This document shows positions 59,729-64,000 of a DNA stretch of 64,000 bases, one piece after another. Within the stretch, counting starts at the first letter, position 1; each line of letters starts with the position of its first letter. The stretch covers positions 5,056,001 to 5,120,000 of the forward strand of contig OY769902.1 in assembly GCA_963669175.1 (NCBI GenBank), in the 5' to 3' direction. The notes beneath the pieces are model-generated. The model did no database searches, was not told the origin of the DNA, and saw nothing but the letters and a program-made list of their open reading frames with translations. A program made the translations under genes and the position numbers. The DNA comes from a bacterium (GTDB lineage: Bacteria > Electryoneota > Electryoneia > Electryoneales > Electryoneaceae).

Positions 59729-62695
59729 TTATTTCACCAGCCAGGCTTTCTGCACACTGGTTCCGAAGGACGATTCAAGCTTCACAAGGTACAATCCGCT
59801 GGCAAATCCTGACAGATCCACGACCATCTCATGACGTCCCGCAGTACGCACGCCCTGCATTAGCGTCATCACTTCACGACCGTTCAGGTTGTACACCTTC
59901 AGCGACACATCAGAAGTCTGGGGCAAGGTATATGCAATATGGGTCTGCGGGTTGAACGGGTTCGGGTACGGCGCTTCCAGTTCGAAAGTAACCGGCATTT
60001 CCTGAACAGCCTGATTCTCCGGACCTTCCACATCCAATGTTACTCCCATCGCGTTGAGGATGGGATAAAGAATGTCTTCACCCGGAGCACTGGTTGAAAT
60101 GCCACTGATCGCTTCCAGGCCGAATCCCATGTATACGGCAACACCCTCATTCGGCGTTTCATTCCAGACCGCCGCAACCGCATCACTTCCGATATACGTA
60201 TACAACGCTTCAGCCATATTTGTTGGAACAATACCACTCGGGGCGGTCTGGTTGTTCGCGCCACCCGCTCCGACCAAGGCGGACATCAGGCCATCACTCA
60301 ACGGCTGACCATTTACGCCCTGAATTCCCCTTGCACCAGTCGAGTCAATGCTTTCCGAAACACCCAGCAGGAAGCTGAGATCAGTATAATCAGACAGTTG
60401 CGGTCCGATATACTGCCCGGAAAGGACAACCTTGCCACCATTGTCGAGATGGTTGGTAAGCACACTGACTTCGGCAGCGTTCAAGGGATTGCGGTTATCG
60501 CCGGTAATCCAGATTGTAACGTCAAAGTCGGACATGGTTTCCAGTGAAGGGATTTCGTGATCGGCATCGATAACTTCTGCCGCAGAGATCAGGTTTTCGA
60601 TATAGCCGTCCACATAGGACAAGTAGGACGTTGCCCCGCAATCGTCCACCAGCAGGATTGTCGGCTGGCCCAATGTGATACGATGGTCCAGCGTCTGCGA
60701 ATAGGTGCCATCATTCGCGGTCAGTGTAATTTCCAGGGTTACATAGTGTGGTTCGATCGTATTCGCCACCTGGAAACGAATCGGTTGTGGTAAAGTGGAA
60801 CTCTCACCCGGCGCCAGTTGGCCAATGACAACTTCATCTGTCTCGAACAATGTGCATTCATCGCCGGCTATTTGCAGAGTTACATCTTCTGCCGGCGGCG
60901 GATACAGGGCTACATCATTCCAAACCTGCATGTTCAGCTCAACCCATTCACCGGGCATCAGGTAACCGTCATCATTTTCATCTGTCAGGTTCAGCGCGTC
61001 AATCACCAGGTTCGGTTCAGCGCCAGGTCCAATCCCGTGTTGACCGAAGGCAGTATAAATCTCCCAGTCATGTGGAGTGCCATTGGACAGGTCGCCATCA
61101 TCATCATCCTGTACCAGAACCTCGATGAAGTACCCTTCAAAGTCTTCCGCCAAACCATAACGTGCATAATGGAATAGTGGATCTGTGATTTCCGCGCCCA
61201 GCAGTTCACGGGTATCCCACATGGAACCACCGGGAATCAGACCATCCGTATGAACTTCATCCACATAACTATCAGGATAGCTCCGGTTGTTGTTCAGATT
61301 GCGCATGGGCGTCCCAGGCGAGCCGACATATACACCCGGCGCCATGGTTGAATAATCATGAATCGAACAAGGGATATAGTCAGACCAGGCTTCGTTTAGC
61401 GCCCCCGATTGCCCCTGGTAGGGCAGAGTGCCACGCGGGTAAATTGCGCCAGTCACGCCATGAGTATACTCATGGTAGATAACATCGCTGAACATGGCGA
61501 GGTTATAAAGTGAATTCGCGCCTGTCCCGAAGAACATCTGGTTTCCGCTCCACATGGCGTTTTCCCAGTTATCCTGGAACGCTACCGTAGCGCCAACCGG
61601 GTAATCCAGCGAGTAGAAATCCGGGTCCAGCACCTTGTACCAGTCATGGATGAAGTTGGTATGGTAGAATATATTGAACTCATCAGCACGTCCCTGCTCT
61701 GGGGATTGCCAGTCAAGACCCGCATTGCCCGGTGCGACGACATCCAACGTAACTGATGCATCCGGACCGTCTTCATAGTTCACGTCTACCCAGGGACCGT
61801 ACAGGGAATGCCTGAAGTCATAGCTACTACCCTGGCTCAGACCGCTGAAATTGAAATAGCCCTCTTCATCCGTTACTTCCGTATTCGGTCCCATCTCAAC
61901 AGCCATATTTCGGAATGGCAGCCATTCCGGCTCCTGGTTGATCTGGTTGTAGTGTACCGGACCTGTGACGGTTCCGTTTACTTCTACAGAATACGCATCG
62001 TTATAGAAACCCAGCATTTCGCCGGTGTTTGCATTCAACAAGCCTACAGGACGCAGGATCGGGCTTTCACCTTCCAGCGCAACCATCCATGCTGAAAGCA
62101 GTTCGCCATCCACACGGACCCACACTTCACGGGTTTCCAGCGCCGTATATCCCGCCAGCCCGGAATAAGCCGCCAGCTCAGTTTCTGCATCTGCGGCTGT
62201 CCAGCTTCCCTGCCATGATACAGAAGCCTGACGCTCCACATCACTGCCCCAGAGTGCGACCTTGCCGGATTGGGCAACTCGCAACAGGACACGTGTGCCT
62301 AGAACCGGGCGTCCATCCACCAGTTGCCGTGCAGTCATGTACGCCTTGCCATTGACCTGACTATCGTATAAAACTTCCAGATCGCTGGATACAACGCCGA
62401 AAATCGCTACGTTGTTATCGATCAGGGAAAACATGGCTTCACGGGTGGCTTGAGTTGCGCCAAAACCTGCATTCTCCAGGTACCCATGCACTCGTACCGG
62501 GTTACCGGCACGTGTGAATTGACCGGAAACCTGAGCAGATTGTCCGGCAAGAAGACTCATTTGCCGCTTTACGGTTTCTTTGGCGGTTTCAGGCCAGAAA
62601 GCGTCCGGAAGATCCTGAGCAAATGCGGGAACAGCGATGAACATGATTACCAACAGGATAAGTGCGTGCTTGCAGTGCTGTGGAAATCCAGTCAT
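59729..62695 (-). CDS. Secreted M4/M36-type metallopeptidase with propeptide and C-terminal sorting domain
   Basis: Signal peptide ending AFA; NAMW, HEYTH, GALNEAWSD, EVH and C-terminal YPNPFNP...LSGFASGLY. Start placed at ATG62695 (GAGG RBS). Confidence 0.9.
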   Translation of the reverse strand: MTGFPQHCKHALILLVIMFIAVPAFAQDLPDAFWPETAKETVKRQMSLLAGQSAQVSGQFTRAGNPVRVHGYLENAGFGATQATREAMFSLIDNNVAIFGVVSSDLEVLYDSQVNGKAYMTARQLVDGRPVLGTRVLLRVAQSGKVALWGSDVERQASVSWQGSWTAADAETELAAYSGLAGYTALETREVWVRVDGELLSAWMVALEGESPILRPVGLLNANTGEMLGFYNDAYSVEVNGTVTGPVHYNQINQEPEWLPFRNMAVEMGPNTEVTDEEGYFNFSGLSQGSSYDFRHSLYGPWVDVNYEDGPDASVTLDVVAPGNAGLDWQSPEQGRADEFNIFYHTNFIHDWYKVLDPDFYSLDYPVGATVAFQDNWENAMWSGNQMFFGTGANSLYNLAMFSDVIYHEYTHGVTGAIYPRGTLPYQGQSGALNEAWSDYIPCSIHDYSTMAPGVYVGSPGTPMRNLNNNRSYPDSYVDEVHTDGLIPGGSMWDTRELLGAEITDPLFHYARYGLAEDFEGYFIEVLVQDDDDGDLSNGTPHDWEIYTAFGQHGIGPGAEPNLVIDALNLTDENDDGYLMPGEWVELNMQVWNDVALYPPPAEDVTLQIAGDECTLFETDEVVIGQLAPGESSTLPQPIRFQVANTIEPHYVTLEITLTANDGTYSQTLDHRITLGQPTILLVDDCGATSYLSYVDGYIENLISAAEVIDADHEIPSLETMSDFDVTIWITGDNRNPLNAAEVSVLTNHLDNGGKVVLSGQYIGPQLSDYTDLSFLLGVSESIDSTGARGIQGVNGQPLSDGLMSALVGAGGANNQTAPSGIVPTNMAEALYTYIGSDAVAAVWNETPNEGVAVYMGFGLEAISGISTSAPGEDILYPILNAMGVTLDVEGPENQAVQEMPVTFELEAPYPNPFNPQTHIAYTLPQTSDVSLKVYNLNGREVMTLMQGVRTAGRHEMVVDLSGFASGLYLVKLESSFGTSVQKAWLVK

Positions 62696-62920
62696 GGTAT
62701 GCCTCTTGTAACGTGGTATTAAATCGGTTATACCCGAGATTAGTAAAATAGGTATACCCTCACCTTGGCGCAAACAGGGATGAGCCAATAGGCCAGTAAA
62801 GGAGAATAGTATGATATTGAGTTTCGAAAATATTGTCGTTGGTCTTGCTGCATCTTGGTATTGATAACTCTGCATTTATAACTGTCCTCGATTTTATTCC
62901 GATATAATAGAGATGGCCGG

Positions 62921-63480
62921 GAAAAGGGGACGGGATCCTTTTCCCCGCACTTATGCAGAATATTCCTGAAGTATTCATGGAAAAGGAAACTGTCCCCTTT
63001 TCCTTGTAATCCCTGCCTGCTCTCAAGAAAAAGGGTACAGCCACCTTTCCCGATCCATGCTCGCAACGGGAAAGCTCTACCCCAGGGAAAGGAGGCAGTC
63101 CCCTTTTTTCATATCCTTTCTTTCAAATCCTTTCTTTCACCCCTATGAAGGATCTTTCACTGATATAGCAATGACCCTATAACGGATTACTAATGGGAAT
63201 CGCCATAATTCGTTTATGATCATTGGTTTGAACTGCCTACGTAGTAGATACGCCTCGGCGCTCAAGTCCTCGCCTGGTAGACTGTAGTTGATTTCCGCCT
63301 GCCAGACTGTAGTTGAATAGAAAACACTCTCATCCCAGCGAAGACTGGGATCCAGGCAAGCATCGACAAAACAACAAGTTGGATACCAACTCGGCTTTCA
63401 ATGAACCGCATTTCTCGAGTACACTTAACCTCTTGTAATATCGCAACATGACTAGATCCCAGCCTTCGCTGGGATGAGAG
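62921..63480. repeat. Mosaic of GGGACAG-type and CATCCC..GGGAT (family D) REP-like repeats
   Basis: Copies related to 6764-6850; ctcatcccagcgaagactgggatc (63328) is inverted relative to gatcccagccttcgctgggatgag (63454). Confidence 0.75.
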
Positions 63481-63647
63481 CATCGGTGATTCTGAGACAC
63501 ATTGCTACGCTGGGGATGAAAGAATGGGACAATATTTTCGAGACTCACGATATACAGTAAGATGCCTTCTACCGGCAAAGGTTGCCAATTGCATATCCTT
63601 CCGGAAGAGATGTACTTTGCAGCGGACAAAGCAAACATGAGCACGGC

Positions 63648-64000
63648 ATGGCAACGAAAGACCTGACCATTTTTCAACGCATGGCGCTTGGCAGAGCCTG
63701 GAAGCAGGGGCAGAAAAGCTCTTCCAGCCTGAAAGCGGACGGTTACCTTTTTATCATGCCATCCGACACGGATCGCATCGGTCCTTACATGGAACCCTTG
63801 CGTGACTGGCTGAAAGAATCGGACCGTGGCAATGTGCGTATCGTCCTGCCCAAAGCCGCACGCGACCTGTTGAACCTGCTCGATCGTAACGTGTTTGCCG
63901 TGACCTTCAACGAATTTGACTTGAAACGTAATAAAATGCCGACCCCGGAGTTCCGTGAACGCATACAGCAATCCAGCGCGGATACGGTTGTTCTGCTGGA
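63648..64000 (+). CDS. Hypothetical protein running off the right edge
   Basis: Open frame MATKDLTIFQRMALGRAW...ADTVVLL with no stop before the window end; absent from the ORF track. Confidence 0.6.
   Translation, partial: MATKDLTIFQRMALGRAWKQGQKSSSSLKADGYLFIMPSDTDRIGPYMEPLRDWLKESDRGNVRIVLPKAARDLLNLLDRNVFAVTFNEFDLKRNKMPTPEFRERIQQSSADTVVLL

Noticed and set aside
63330-63971. 213-aa minus-strand ORF
   Set aside because: It runs through REP repeats and is antisense to a more protein-like plus-strand frame starting at 63648.

Overview
Bacterial chromosome segment, probably from an anaerobic FCB-group organism (secreted peptidase with a PNPFNP-type C-terminal sorting domain; yajC-def-fmt-rsmB-PASTA-rpe block; three SurA/PpiC foldases). 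Most of it is housekeeping and energy metabolism: hutU, bioY, xerD, maeB, trpF, dut, pal-cpoB, a 2-oxoacid:ferredoxin oxidoreductase operon running into a HydC/HydB/HoxU-like flavin-FeS module with electron-bifurcation signature residues, an orphan qmoC, and a pentaheme cytochrome beside a Cyc2-type cytochrome-porin. Accessory features are (i) a SIR2-HerA anti-phage pair enclosed by 22-bp perfect inverted repeats, with gene remnants at the left junction; (ii) a REP-associated Y1 transposase (RAYT) module inserted with an 83-bp duplication that swaps a host gene's C-terminus; (iii) a four-helix-bundle gene inside the oxidoreductase operon, enclosed by complementary heptamer arrays that could loop the ORF out of the mRNA; (iv) dense mosaics of several REP-like families in intergenic gaps; and (v) a 6S-RNA-like rod upstream of yajC. 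I saw no rRNA, tRNA or CRISPR array. All calls come from reading motifs by eye; no database search or folding program was run.
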